Below the pieces are notes generated by a model, which searched no databases, had not been told where the DNA came from, and was given only the letters and a program-made list of their open reading frames with translations. Below, one piece after another: positions 27,906 through 37,720 of a stretch of 64,000 bases of DNA. Position 1 is the stretch's first letter, and every line of letters starts with the position of its first letter. Both the position numbers and the translations under genes were made by a program. This stretch comes from an uncultured Oscillospiraceae bacterium (GTDB lineage Bacteria; Bacillota; Clostridia; Oscillospirales; Ruminococcaceae). The DNA is taken from contig CAYJFZ010000005.1 of NCBI GenBank assembly GCA_964369975.1, positions 13,150-77,149 on the forward strand, given 5' to 3'.

Positions 27906-28807
27906 TATTTATCCACCCTTCTTTTTAAAACGGCAAAAGATAAATTGATTATTAAAATAAATACAAATAATACAACGCCTGTTGCGATTAGTGCATCTTG
28001 GTGTAAGTCTGCTGCATACTTCATTTCAATAACCACATTCGCTGTCATCGTCCTTATGCCTTCTAAGATGTTTGAAGTTAATCTTGGCTGATTACCAGCT
28101 ACCATAATTACAGCCATAGTCTCACCTATTGCCCTGCCTATACCTAAAACTATAGAAGCTAATATACCTGACTTTGCCGCTGGCAATACCACTTTAAAAG
28201 TAGCATTTTCATGACTTGCACCTAAGGCTCTTGCACCCTCATAATAATACTCAGGAACAGCTCTAATTGCACTTTCGCTTAAATTTATTATAGTAGGCAG
28301 TATCATAACGCCTAATAAAATAGAGGCAGTTAGGATAGTTTGCCCTGTTGTTTTAAACATACTTAAATTTGTTAGCCCACTTAGCCAGTTAAATGAATCT
28401 CTTATTAAGGGCACTAATATTTGCATACCGAAAAATCCGTAAATTATAGATGGAATACCTGCCATTAATTCAATAGTTGGTTTTAAGAATTTATACACTT
28501 TTTTAGGGCAGTACTGAGTTATGTAAACTGCTGTTAGTATACCTATTGGAACACCTACTAAAATAGCTCCTATTGTTATATAAATACTACCTACTATCAT
28601 TGATAGTATTCCAAACTGTGGATTAGTTTGGCGTGTTGGTCGCCATTCTGTTCCTAATATAAAATCAAAAAAGCCTATTTCTGCCATAGCAGGAAGTCCT
28701 CTTGAAAACAAGAAAATACAGATTACTAAAACACATAAAATAGATATAGTAGCTATGGCTAAAAATACCGCTTCGTATACCTTTTCTTTGCCTTTTTCTT
28801 TTAACAT
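27905..28807 (-). CDS. pstC: phosphate ABC transporter permease PstC
   Basis: Permease with loop ESAIRAVPEYYYEGARALGAS; operon order. Confidence 0.9.
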   Translation of the reverse strand: MLKEKGKEKVYEAVFLAIATISILCVLVICIFLFSRGLPAMAEIGFFDFILGTEWRPTRQTNPQFGILSMIVGSIYITIGAILVGVPIGILTAVYITQYCPKKVYKFLKPTIELMAGIPSIIYGFFGMQILVPLIRDSFNWLSGLTNLSMFKTTGQTILTASILLGVMILPTIINLSESAIRAVPEYYYEGARALGASHENATFKVVLPAAKSGILASIVLGIGRAIGETMAVIMVAGNQPRLTSNILEGIRTMTANVVIEMKYAADLHQDALIATGVVLFVFILIINLSFAVLKRRVDK

Positions 28808-28875
28808 TTTTCCTCCGATTATTGAAAAAAATGGCTAATATCTTAATATTAGCCATCTTATTTTTTCTTAAAAAA

Positions 28876-29757
28876 TTATCCTAATTCAGAATAATCGCTA
28901 ACTTCGCCGATGTAAACATTCATTAATTGTTCCATTGTGATGTTTTCTAATGGGTTTTCATTGTTTACTACTACTGCGATACCGTCCATTGCTAAAACAT
29001 ATGGTGTTAATTCTGCTTTTTCTGAATCTTTTAATTCACGGCTTGCCATACCTAATTGGAATGTTCCATTCATTGCACCTTCCATACCAGCTGATGAGCC
29101 TAAAGCTTCGATGTTGATTGTAGCGTTTGGATTTAATGTTTTGTAATCTTCAACTAATACTTCCATTAATGGGCTTACTGAAGTAGAACCGCCTACTGTG
29201 ATTGTGCCTTCCACTTGAGAAGAAGTGTAGTCTTGTGTTGTAGCTTCTACTGCGATAAAGCCTTCAGCTTCTACTATGCTTTGAGCTTGTTGTGTAAATA
29301 AGTAATTAATAAAGTCAGCTGTTAAAGGATCTAATTCTTCGCCTGTTTTTGTTGCAAGGTTAAAAGGTCTTGCTACTTTGTAAGAGCCATCGTTGATAGC
29401 CTGTGTTGATGGGCTAACTCCGTCTACTGCTACTGCTTTAACTGTATCATTTAATGAGCCTAATGAGATGTAACCGATAGCTGATGGATCTGCTGCTACT
29501 GCTGTCATAACTTTACCTGTACCGTCTTGAACGATAGCGTCTAAAGTTGTCATATCGCCGTCGCCACTGTCAACGCCTGTGATTTCTACGAACGCGCCAC
29601 GAGTACCTGAACCATCTTCACGAGTGATAACTGTGATTGTGCTTAGTGTTGTTCCTTCATCTGTTGAGCCTTCGTCTGTTGAGCCTTCGTCTGTTGAGCA
29701 AGCTGTTAAGCTAACTAACATAGCTGATGCTAATAATAGTGATAAAAATTTTTTCAT
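28876..29757 (-). CDS. pstS: phosphate-binding lipoprotein PstS
   Basis: Lipobox LTAC, (STDEG)x3 linker, PBP fold motifs (REDGSGTRG, GGSTSVSP). Confidence 0.9.
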   Translation of the reverse strand: MKKFLSLLLASAMLVSLTACSTDEGSTDEGSTDEGTTLSTITVITREDGSGTRGAFVEITGVDSGDGDMTTLDAIVQDGTGKVMTAVAADPSAIGYISLGSLNDTVKAVAVDGVSPSTQAINDGSYKVARPFNLATKTGEELDPLTADFINYLFTQQAQSIVEAEGFIAVEATTQDYTSSQVEGTITVGGSTSVSPLMEVLVEDYKTLNPNATINIEALGSSAGMEGAMNGTFQLGMASRELKDSEKAELTPYVLAMDGIAVVVNNENPLENITMEQLMNVYIGEVSDYSELG

Positions 29758-29848
29758 TTTTTCAATTTCCTTTTTAGTTTAATAATTTTAAAATTTGTAT
29801 TTTTTCTACTCACTTGTTTCGAGTACGATATTCATTCTAACTCTTGTT

Positions 29849-29888
29849 TGTAAAATCCCAAAGTATAGTTTTGTAAAGTTTATGTAAA
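29849..29888 (-). promoter_or_regulatory. Pho-box-like direct repeats upstream of pstS
   Basis: In pstS orientation TTTACA hexamers (plus-strand TGTAAA at 29849, 29872, 29883) are spaced 23 and 11 nt apart. This matches the TT(A/T/C)ACA 11-bp phased PhoP boxes known from Bacillus. Confidence 0.5.
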
Positions 29889-30038
29889 GCATTTTTACAA
29901 AGCAACCTTTATATGATTTTACATTATATATAGTATATAATATTAAAACATCTATAAAATATAGCTTGTTTTCTTTAAGGTCTATTTTTTTTATAAAAAG
30001 AATATAAATTAATAAAATTATATTAAAGGATGCAAACT

Positions 30039-30320
30039 ATGAATTATAAAAACTATCAAGATAACGGTCTTACAAGAAGCGAAGCTATTGCCTTATACAT
30101 AATAAATTCAAAAGATACTGTAAGGGGCGCTGCAAAGATTTTTAATATCTCTAAAAGCACTGTACATAAAGACTTAACCACTAAATTAAAAGCTGAAAAC
30201 CTAACTCTTTACAAAAAGGTAAACATCGTATTACAAAAAAATAAAAGCGAAAGGCATATAAGAGGAGGCCTTGCCACTCAAAAGAAATACAGAGCTCAAA
30301 GAAATGAAAAACCTGCATAA
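30039..30320 (+). CDS. spoIIID: sporulation transcriptional regulator SpoIIID
   Basis: TVRGAAKIFNISKSTVHKDLT HTH and KSERHIRGGLATQKKY closely match the SpoIIID family; 93 aa from the RBS-supported ATG. Confidence 0.88.
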   Translation: MNYKNYQDNGLTRSEAIALYIINSKDTVRGAAKIFNISKSTVHKDLTTKLKAENLTLYKKVNIVLQKNKSERHIRGGLATQKKYRAQRNEKPA

Positions 30321-30425
30321 ACATTAATAATTATACATAATATTGCATATTTATTGAATAATGCTTGACTTTATTCTATTTTGATGTATAATAGCTGTAT
30401 AATTATAAAATGAGGAGATATAAAA

Positions 30426-31868
30426 ATGAGCGATATTAAAAAAATACACGATATTTTAGACAGCATACAAGATGATGTTATATTAATCAATGATAAAATC
30501 TGGGAAGCTGCTGAAACATATTTTGAAGAATATGAAAGTGCTAAAATCTTAGAAACTTACTTAGAAAAAGAAGGCTTTACTATTGAAAGTGGCGTTAGCG
30601 ATATCCCTACTGCCTTTGTAGCTAAATGGGAAAATGGCGGACATAAAGTAGGCTTTTTAGGCGAGTATGATGCCCTTGAAGGTGTAATGCAAGAAAAGGG
30701 TAGTTTTGATAAAAAAACACCTACAACAGGCAACACAAAATGCGGACATGGCTGTGGTCATAATAGCTTAGGCGCTGGCGCTTACGGTGCTGCTGTTGCT
30801 TTAAAAAAATACGCACAAGAAAATGATATGGCTGTAAGTGTCTATTACTATGGCTGCCCAGGTGAAGAAAACGGAAGTGGTAAAGTATTTATGGCTCGTA
30901 GCGGACTTTTTGATGAGCTTGATATTTGTTTAACTTGGCATCCAGGCGATGACAATGCTGTAATGGGAACAGGCACTTTAGCAAATTTAAGTATTAATTT
31001 TGAGTTTACAGGTCTTACAAGCCACGCAGCAGCAAGCCCACATTTAGGCAGAAGCGCCTTAGATGCAGCAGAACTTATGAATGTTGGCGTAAACTATTTA
31101 AGAGAGCATATTATTCCAACTGCAAGAATTCATTATTCATATATTGATGCAGGAACAAAGGCTCCTAATGTTGTTCAAGATTATGCTCATTCTTATTATT
31201 TTGTAAGAGCTCCTAAGGTTTCTCAAATGTTTGAAATCGCTGATAGAGTGTATGATATCGCAAAAGGTGCAGCTTTAATGACTGGCACAAGTGTAAAAAT
31301 AACAATAGCTGATGGCCTATCTGACTATGTACCGAATGCTGTTTTATCAAATCTTATGCAGGAAACATTCCAAGAGCTTGGAGCTGTTGATTACACAGAT
31401 AGCGATATACTTTTAGCAAAGAATTACTTAAAACACATCCCAGAGGCACAAATAAAAGAAGCTCAAAAAGTAGTTGCTTTAAATAACAATAAACCAGCTT
31501 TTGCATACGATGATATTTATTTAGACAATGCCGTTGCACCTTATAAGCATAACCCTGATGTAGCCTTACCTGGCTCTACTGATGTAGGCGATGTAAGCTA
31601 CTGTGTACCTACTGCTCAGTGTAATGTTACTTGCTATGCAATAGGAACACCAGGGCACTCATGGCAATTAACAGGACAAAGTGCCTCAGTTTTAGCTCAT
31701 AAAGGAACAGTGCACGCTGCAAAGGTTATGGCGCTAACAGCTATTAAAGCTATTAAAAATCCACAAATCATTCTTGATGCTAAAAAAGAATATAAGCAAA
31801 GCGTACCTAATGGCTATACTTGCCCAACACCTAATGATATCCTACCTATAATCCCTGAAAAGAAATAA
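30426..31868 (+). CDS. M20-family amidohydrolase (AbgB-like aminobenzoyl-glutamate hydrolase subunit B family)
   Basis: 480 aa; metal-ligand region CGHGCGHNSLG, GCPGEE, TWHPG; overall M20D-like pattern. Confidence 0.7.
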   Translation: MSDIKKIHDILDSIQDDVILINDKIWEAAETYFEEYESAKILETYLEKEGFTIESGVSDIPTAFVAKWENGGHKVGFLGEYDALEGVMQEKGSFDKKTPTTGNTKCGHGCGHNSLGAGAYGAAVALKKYAQENDMAVSVYYYGCPGEENGSGKVFMARSGLFDELDICLTWHPGDDNAVMGTGTLANLSINFEFTGLTSHAAASPHLGRSALDAAELMNVGVNYLREHIIPTARIHYSYIDAGTKAPNVVQDYAHSYYFVRAPKVSQMFEIADRVYDIAKGAALMTGTSVKITIADGLSDYVPNAVLSNLMQETFQELGAVDYTDSDILLAKNYLKHIPEAQIKEAQKVVALNNNKPAFAYDDIYLDNAVAPYKHNPDVALPGSTDVGDVSYCVPTAQCNVTCYAIGTPGHSWQLTGQSASVLAHKGTVHAAKVMALTAIKAIKNPQIILDAKKEYKQSVPNGYTCPTPNDILPIIPEKK

Positions 31869-31873
31869 TAAAT

Positions 31874-31907
31874 AAAAAAACAGATAGTATTTTACTATCT
31901 GTTTTTT
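31874..31907. terminator. bidirectional terminator between the convergent M20 gene and mazF
   Basis: CAGATAGTA / TACTATCTG stem with flanking A- and T-runs. Confidence 0.85.
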
Positions 31908-31913
31908 ATTATA

Positions 31914-32264
31914 TTAATACGACTGCAAACCAAAGCTAATATTAAGCGCTTTATTTATTTTATCTATTTCTTCATTATCTAATTGCCCTGTTTTTTCTTT
32001 TAGCCTTTGTTTGTCTATTGTTCTAATTTGTTCAAGAAGTACCACGCTGTCTTTTGCAAGGCCACAGCGCTCTCCTTTAATAAGTATATGAGTTGGAAAA
32101 GCTGATTTATCTTGCTTTGAAGTTATCGCTGCTGCTATAACTGTGGGCGAATGCTTATTGCCTAAGTCATTTTGTACTATCACCACAGGGCGAGTACCAC
32201 CTTGCTCACAGCCAATTACAGGACTTAAATCGGCATAGAAAATTTCGCCTCTTTTAATATCCAT
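31914..32264 (-). CDS. mazF: MazF/EndoA (PemK-family) endoribonuclease toxin
   Basis: Strong resemblance to B. subtilis EndoA: KRGEIFYADLSPVIGCEQGGTRPVVIVQND.GN..SPTVIAAAIT...PTH...LLEQIRTIDKQRL. Confidence 0.88.
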   Translation of the reverse strand: MDIKRGEIFYADLSPVIGCEQGGTRPVVIVQNDLGNKHSPTVIAAAITSKQDKSAFPTHILIKGERCGLAKDSVVLLEQIRTIDKQRLKEKTGQLDNEEIDKINKALNISFGLQSY

Positions 32265-32381
32265 ACTATTAACTCCTTTCTTTTAGATAGTAATAGTATG
32301 AATATAATAAAAAGCTTTTATACATTAATTGAAAAAATTTCCATTATAAAATATCGCATTTTTTTATTTTTTACGCTATTT

Positions 32382-32741
32382 TTAAACTTCAAAAGCTGTC
32401 ATACAGCCTTTTTGTGTACCCCAGTGACGGCATTCAGTAACGCTTATAAAAGTTCTATTTCTTGATATGTTTAACTCTTTTTCTAAAGCCTCATTTATTA
32501 AATTGCAGTATTTTGAAATACCTTCGCTATCAACATAGTTATAAAAATCAATAGTTACCATTGCATTCGGCTCCGTGGTATCTCCTGCTACATATAAGCT
32601 ATTATTATCATCAATTTTAGAATAAAGTGACTCTTTTTTCTTTCCGTTTATAACTTCTATTCCCTGTGTTAAAATTTGTGCTAAACTGTCTTTTTTCTCT
32701 TTTGTTACACTGATATTTGTTATTACATTAATATATGGCAT
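32382..32741 (-). CDS. tautomerase/MIF-superfamily-like protein
   Basis: Begins MPYINV (Pro-1 after Met removal, hallmark of tautomerase superfamily), ~119 aa beta-alpha-beta size; assignment tentative. Confidence 0.45.
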   Translation of the reverse strand: MPYINVITNISVTKEKKDSLAQILTQGIEVINGKKKESLYSKIDDNNSLYVAGDTTEPNAMVTIDFYNYVDSEGISKYCNLINEALEKELNISRNRTFISVTECRHWGTQKGCMTAFEV

Positions 32742-32844
32742 AGTAATGCCCTCCTTAATTTTTTATTACTATAATTATATCAAAGACCTATAATTAAAAC
32801 AAGAATAAAAAAAATCCCCTTGCTATTTTAGCAAGGGGATTTAA

Positions 32845-33126
32845 TTATTCTTCAGCTAAGGCTGATTTAAGCCATACTGCACCTGCATCAAGTGCATTAT
32901 AAAGTCCGTTTTTAATACCTTGTTTTACCATTCTTTCCATTATATCAAGGCTTGTATCTGTAGCTATTAAAGATACATGTATCTTATCTGCCACTTTAGT
33001 GTTTTCTACTTCTTCATAGCTTAAAACTTTTAGATAAACTATATATTTATCCGCAGGCTGTCCGTAGTATATTTCATCGCCTTTTCTTACTATCGGAAGC
33101 CCCTTATAAGTTTTTTGATTTTCCAT
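32845..33126 (-). CDS. hypothetical protein
   Basis: 93-aa ORF with AGGAGGG RBS; no family recognised. Confidence 0.55.
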   Translation of the reverse strand: MENQKTYKGLPIVRKGDEIYYGQPADKYIVYLKVLSYEEVENTKVADKIHVSLIATDTSLDIMERMVKQGIKNGLYNALDAGAVWLKSALAEE

Positions 33127-33155
33127 TTAATACCCTCCTTTTTTATATAGGAGAA

Positions 33156-33398
33156 TTAAACAAGATAATTTTTTAATAAACTTTGTAGTATATCATCTCT
33201 GTCAAGTTTTCTAATCTTGTTTCTCGCTCCTTGGTGAGTAGTTATGTATGTTGGGTCTTCTGATAAAATATATCCTACGAGCTGGCTAATTGGGTTATAC
33301 CCCTTTTCTTTAAGCGATTCATACACTTCTTGTAAAATTTGCTTAATTTCATCGTCTTTTTCATTATATATTGAAAATACGGCGGTTTTATCTATCAT
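33156..33398 (-). CDS. ireB: IreB-family (UPF0297/YrzL) regulatory phosphoprotein
   Basis: EVYESLKEKGYNPISQLVGYILSEDPTYITTHQGARNKIRKLDRDDIL is the conserved UPF0297 core. Confidence 0.85.
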   Translation of the reverse strand: MIDKTAVFSIYNEKDDEIKQILQEVYESLKEKGYNPISQLVGYILSEDPTYITTHQGARNKIRKLDRDDILQSLLKNYLV

Positions 33399-33473
33399 AC
33401 CTTTATACCCTCCTACTTTTTTATAGTCTATTGTTATTGTACCCTAAAAGTGTGTATATTTCAAGTATAATCC

Positions 33474-35858
33474 TTAGACTCTTAGAAAAATGTCGATTTT
33501 TGATAAATTATCTAAAATTGTATCAACTGCTTCTTGTGCAATTTTTTCTGTTAGAGTTTGTTGTTTATCTCTTAACACGATGTTGTACGCCATACTTTTT
33601 TTGCCTTCCTCTATATGAGCGCCTGTATAAACATCGAATAATTTTACACTTTCTAAGTAGTTTGGACAGCTTTCTTTTATCACTTTTATAATTTGTCCAT
33701 TAGTTACTTCGTTTTTGCAAACTAAAGCTAAGTCACGGCTCATACTTGGAAAACGGCTTAGTTGTTCGTACTGTACAACGCCTTTGATGCTGTTAAAGAT
33801 TTTTTCGCTATCTAAATCAGCTACATACACTTCAGTCTTCATATCTAAGTTTTCGCAAACGATTGGATGAATTTGCCCTATAACGCCCACTTTAATGCCG
33901 TCAATTAAAATATCTGCACATCTTCCTGGGTGATACATCTGCCCTTCTTCATTTTTTATAAATTCGATATTTTCTATATTGAATGAAGTGATTAATTTTT
34001 CAACTACACCTTTTAAGTAAAAGAAGTCTTTATCTTTACCATAAGAAGCTAAGATGAATTTTGCTGTTTCTATTGGCAATTCATCAATAGTAGTAGGTGT
34101 ATATTCTGTTGCATTTTCAAATAAGTCTACACTTTCAATTCTTGAGTTGTAGTTTCTTTGTACAACATTCATCATTGAAGCTACTGCTGTTGTTCTCATA
34201 ATTGAAGTATCTTCACCTAAAGGATTTGAAATTACTACTGCATTGCGAAGTATATTATCTTGCGCTAAGTTTAGTAAATCAAAGTTTTTTGGAGAATAGA
34301 AAGAATAAGTTTCTATTTCATAATAGCCAAAGCCTAATAGAGCATTAACAGCCCTTGTTGTGAATGTTTGCATAGGTGTAGGTCTTGCTGTTGCTATACC
34401 TTTCATTATGCTTGAAGGCAGTTTATCATAGCCGTATATCCTTGCTACTTCTTCTGCTAAGTCATTCATCTGCACTACTTCTTTTTTTGCTATATCGTAT
34501 CTATCAGTAGGTATCACTACTTTACCATCATTTACTTTTAAATCAAGTCTGTTTAAAATGTCAATAATTTCTTTATCTTGTAAATCAGTACCTAAGATTT
34601 TATTTATTTTATCACATTCTAAAGGAATAATTCTCGGGCTTCTTTTGTCTTTATATACATCAATATACCCTTCAATTACATCGCCTGCATCTAACTCTTT
34701 TACTAAATGAAGCGCCATAGATAAAGCAGTTAATGCCTTATCAGGGTTTAAGCCTTTTTCAAATTTGCCTGAGGCTTCTGTTCTTAAATTAATTGCTTTT
34801 GATGTTTTTCTAACATTTACGCCCTCAAAACAAGCTGCTTCAAATACAACCATATTTGTATCATCATATACCCCTGAATACTCACCACCCATAACGCCAG
34901 CTATAGCGATAGGCTCTTTTTCATCAGCGATTACCATCATACTGCTATCTAATTTTCTGTTTTGGGAATCAAGTGTTACTATTGTTTCATTATCCTTTGC
35001 TTGTCTTATGTTAATTTTGCCACCATTTACATATTTATAGTCAAAGGCATGCATCGGTAGACCAAATAGTAGCATAACATAGTTTGTTATATCAACTATA
35101 TTATTAATAGGGCGAACTGAGCAAACTCTTAGTCTTTCTCTTAGCCATTGTGGGCTTTCTTTAACTCTTACATTTTTAATCATACCAGCTGTATATCTTT
35201 GGCAGTTTTCTGTTTTAATATCAACGGATAAGTATTTATTAATATCATCCTCACCTTTTGGATAGCTAACTTCAGGTGATTTATATTCTTTTTTATAAAC
35301 AGCCGCTGCTTCTTTTGCAATAGCTGAAACGCTTAAACAGTCAGGGCGGTTTGGAGTTATTTCAAATTCTACCATATAGTCATCAAGACCTAAGGCAACA
35401 GTAGCATCCATTCCTATTTCGCAATCTTCATCTAAGACTAAAATCCCATCTTTATCAGCTTTAGGAAAGTCGTTTTCAGTTAAGTTTAACTCCTCTAAAG
35501 AGCAAAGCATACCGTTACTTTCAACGCCTCTAAAGTCTGTTTTAGTTATTTGTTTTTTACAAGGAAGAATAGCACCATCTAAAGCAGCTGGTACTAAATC
35601 GCCTACTTTTAAGTTTGTTGCACCTGTTACTATTTGCACTACTTCTTTTTTGATATCCACTTTGCAAACAACTAACTTATCCGCATTTGGATGTGAGTTA
35701 ATTTCTAAGATTTTGCCTATAACTACATTTTTGCATTCATCAGCTAAAGTTTCATACACTTCAACTTTTTGCCCTGCCATAGTCATATCCTTTGCAAAGG
35801 TATGTATATCTACATCAATATCACAATACTCTTTTATCCATTTATAAGATACTTTCAT
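33474..35858 (-). CDS. pheT: phenylalanine-tRNA ligase beta subunit
   Basis: 794 aa; MKVSYKWIKEY start, tRNA-binding, B3/4, B5 and FDX-ACB domain order. Confidence 0.95.
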   Translation of the reverse strand: MKVSYKWIKEYCDIDVDIHTFAKDMTMAGQKVEVYETLADECKNVVIGKILEINSHPNADKLVVCKVDIKKEVVQIVTGATNLKVGDLVPAALDGAILPCKKQITKTDFRGVESNGMLCSLEELNLTENDFPKADKDGILVLDEDCEIGMDATVALGLDDYMVEFEITPNRPDCLSVSAIAKEAAAVYKKEYKSPEVSYPKGEDDINKYLSVDIKTENCQRYTAGMIKNVRVKESPQWLRERLRVCSVRPINNIVDITNYVMLLFGLPMHAFDYKYVNGGKINIRQAKDNETIVTLDSQNRKLDSSMMVIADEKEPIAIAGVMGGEYSGVYDDTNMVVFEAACFEGVNVRKTSKAINLRTEASGKFEKGLNPDKALTALSMALHLVKELDAGDVIEGYIDVYKDKRSPRIIPLECDKINKILGTDLQDKEIIDILNRLDLKVNDGKVVIPTDRYDIAKKEVVQMNDLAEEVARIYGYDKLPSSIMKGIATARPTPMQTFTTRAVNALLGFGYYEIETYSFYSPKNFDLLNLAQDNILRNAVVISNPLGEDTSIMRTTAVASMMNVVQRNYNSRIESVDLFENATEYTPTTIDELPIETAKFILASYGKDKDFFYLKGVVEKLITSFNIENIEFIKNEEGQMYHPGRCADILIDGIKVGVIGQIHPIVCENLDMKTEVYVADLDSEKIFNSIKGVVQYEQLSRFPSMSRDLALVCKNEVTNGQIIKVIKESCPNYLESVKLFDVYTGAHIEEGKKSMAYNIVLRDKQQTLTEKIAQEAVDTILDNLSKIDIFLRV

Positions 35859-35872
35859 AAATATTATCCCCC

Positions 35873-36892
35873 TTAAAACTGTGATAAAAAGCGCATATCA
35901 TTTTCGTATAATAAACGCAAATCATCAATGTTGTATTTCATCATAGTTAATCTTTCAAGCCCCATACCGAAGGCAAAGCCTGAGTATTTACTACTATCTA
36001 TTCCACAGCCTTCTAAAACAATAGGGCTAACAACGCCAGCGCCTAATATTTCAATCCAGCCCTCGCCTTTACACATCCTACAGCCTTTACCGCCACATTT
36101 AAAGCAAGTCATATCCATTTCAGCACTCGGCTCTGTATAAGCAAAGTGGTGAGGGCGAAATCTTACTTTTGTCTCTTCGCCATATACTTTTTTAACAAAG
36201 GCTTCAAGCGTTCCTTTTAAGTCTGCCATTGTTATGTTTTCATCTACAACTAAGCCTTCGATTTGATGGAATACTGGTGAGTGAGTTGCATCTATTTCAT
36301 CAGCTCTATATACCCTACCTGGAACGATAACTCTAATAGGTAATTCACTCTCAAGCATTGTCCTTACTTGCATAGGGCTTGTCTGTGTGCGAAGAAGGAT
36401 GTTTTCAGTTATATAAAATGTATCTTGAGTATCTCTTGCAGGGTGACTTTTAGGCATATTAAGCATTTCAAAGTTATACTTATCATACTCTACTTCTGGC
36501 CCTGATACTACATCAAAGCCCATACCTAAAAACACTTCTTTAAATTCATCTAAAGCAAGTTTTAAAGGATGTCTTTTACCTAAAGATACTTCTTTTGAAG
36601 GAAGTGTTACATCAATAGTTTCTTCTAAAAGAGCCTTTTTTAAGTTTTCTTGTTTAATTTCTTTTAATTTTTCTTGTATTGCGTTTTCTAAAAATTCTCT
36701 TACCTCATTAGCCAAAGCACCCATTACAGGTCTTTCTTCATTAGACAGTGAGCCCATTTGTTTTAAAATATTTGTCACTTCGCCTTTTTTACCAAGCACT
36801 TTTACTCTTATTTCATCTAATGCTTGTAAACTATCAGCTTTTTTAATTTCATCGTTTGCTGATAATTTAATGTTTTCTAATTGTTGTTTCAT
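35873..36892 (-). CDS. pheS: phenylalanine-tRNA ligase alpha subunit
   Basis: HPARDTQDTFY, class II motifs (FRPHHFAYTEPSAE, GFAFGMGLERL). Confidence 0.95.
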   Translation of the reverse strand: MKQQLENIKLSANDEIKKADSLQALDEIRVKVLGKKGEVTNILKQMGSLSNEERPVMGALANEVREFLENAIQEKLKEIKQENLKKALLEETIDVTLPSKEVSLGKRHPLKLALDEFKEVFLGMGFDVVSGPEVEYDKYNFEMLNMPKSHPARDTQDTFYITENILLRTQTSPMQVRTMLESELPIRVIVPGRVYRADEIDATHSPVFHQIEGLVVDENITMADLKGTLEAFVKKVYGEETKVRFRPHHFAYTEPSAEMDMTCFKCGGKGCRMCKGEGWIEILGAGVVSPIVLEGCGIDSSKYSGFAFGMGLERLTMMKYNIDDLRLLYENDMRFLSQF

Positions 36893-36926
36893 TTCTTTTC
36901 TCCTTATATATTTAATCGGGACAAAT

Positions 36927-37180
36927 AAAAAACTTCGCCCCTATGAAAGGGACGAAGATTGTCTCCGTGGTACCACCCAAATTTTTGCTTTAGCAAAGTC
37001 CTGTTATCCAAACTCGTTTTATAAGGCTTTGTTTTACAAACACTCTTTGTGCATATAACGGTGCAAACCGGCAAAGCCTACTTAATTTCAACTCGCTTCT
37101 CCTAAGGGAACTTCAATTTTCTTTTTTTATGCTTTTTCAGCTACCAAGCACTCTCTACAAAAAAAAGATAAACCTACTTT
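36927..37180 (-). promoter_or_regulatory. T-box riboswitch leader (Phe specifier) of pheST
   Basis: Minus strand contains stem I AGAGAG element and a candidate UUC specifier in GAAGTTCCC. It also has the T-box sequence AATTTGGGTGGTACCACGG (plus 36965-36978 core) and a terminator CTTCGTCCCTTTCATAGGGGCGAAG plus T-run (36927-36958). Confidence 0.85.
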
Positions 37181-37205
37181 TCTTATTCACAGAATTTATC
37201 TTTTC

Positions 37206-37234
37206 TATTATACTATTAAAATATAATGATTGCA
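37206..37234 (-). promoter_or_regulatory. sigma-A promoter of the pheST T-box leader
   Basis: Minus strand TTGCAA, 17-nt spacer, TATAAT. Confidence 0.6.
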
Positions 37235-37289
37235 ATACCTTTTTAAAATTTGCTATAATAATAAAAACGATATTAACAAGGCGGTAAAA

Positions 37290-37655
37290 ATGTACGGTAT
37301 AGGAATAGATATTACAACAGTTTCACGAATAGAAAAAAGCTGTAAAAACGAAAGCTTTATAAAAAAGGTATATGGAGAAGATGAAGTAGCTTTATTTTGT
37401 AAAGAAAAAATCAAATATTCTTCTTTAGCTGCAAACTTTGCTGCAAAAGAAGCTTTTTCAAAAGCCTTAGGCACTGGCGTTATTGGCTTTAACTTAAAAG
37501 ATGTTCAAATTTTAAGAGATAGTAAAAAAGCACCTTACTTTAAGTTTAGTAACGAGGCTTTAAAAATCGTAGATGATTTAAATGTTAAAGCCTTTGTATC
37601 TCTAACTCACGAAAAGGATACAGCAGCAGCCTTCGTTGTTTTAATTAAAAAATAA
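37290..37655 (+). CDS. acpS: holo-[acyl-carrier-protein] synthase
   Basis: MYGIGIDITTVSRIEK start, FAAKEAFSKALGTG motif, 121 aa; start moved from 37230. Confidence 0.88.
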   Translation: MYGIGIDITTVSRIEKSCKNESFIKKVYGEDEVALFCKEKIKYSSLAANFAAKEAFSKALGTGVIGFNLKDVQILRDSKKAPYFKFSNEALKIVDDLNVKAFVSLTHEKDTAAAFVVLIKK

Positions 37656-37667
37656 AATATAAACAAT

Positions 37668-37697
37668 AAAAAAGGTATCTTAATGATACCTTTTTTA
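37668..37697. terminator. bidirectional terminator between the convergent acpS and ArsR-family genes
   Basis: AAGGTATC / GATACCTT stem with A- and T-runs. Confidence 0.8.
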
Positions 37698-37720
37698 TTT
37701 TAAAAATTTATTAAAAGCTT

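Noticed and set aside
33371-33691. 106-aa plus-strand Leu/Tyr-rich ORF
   Set aside because: It overlaps the ireB start and the pheT 3' end on the opposite strand and has a low-complexity composition typical of AT-rich antisense frames.
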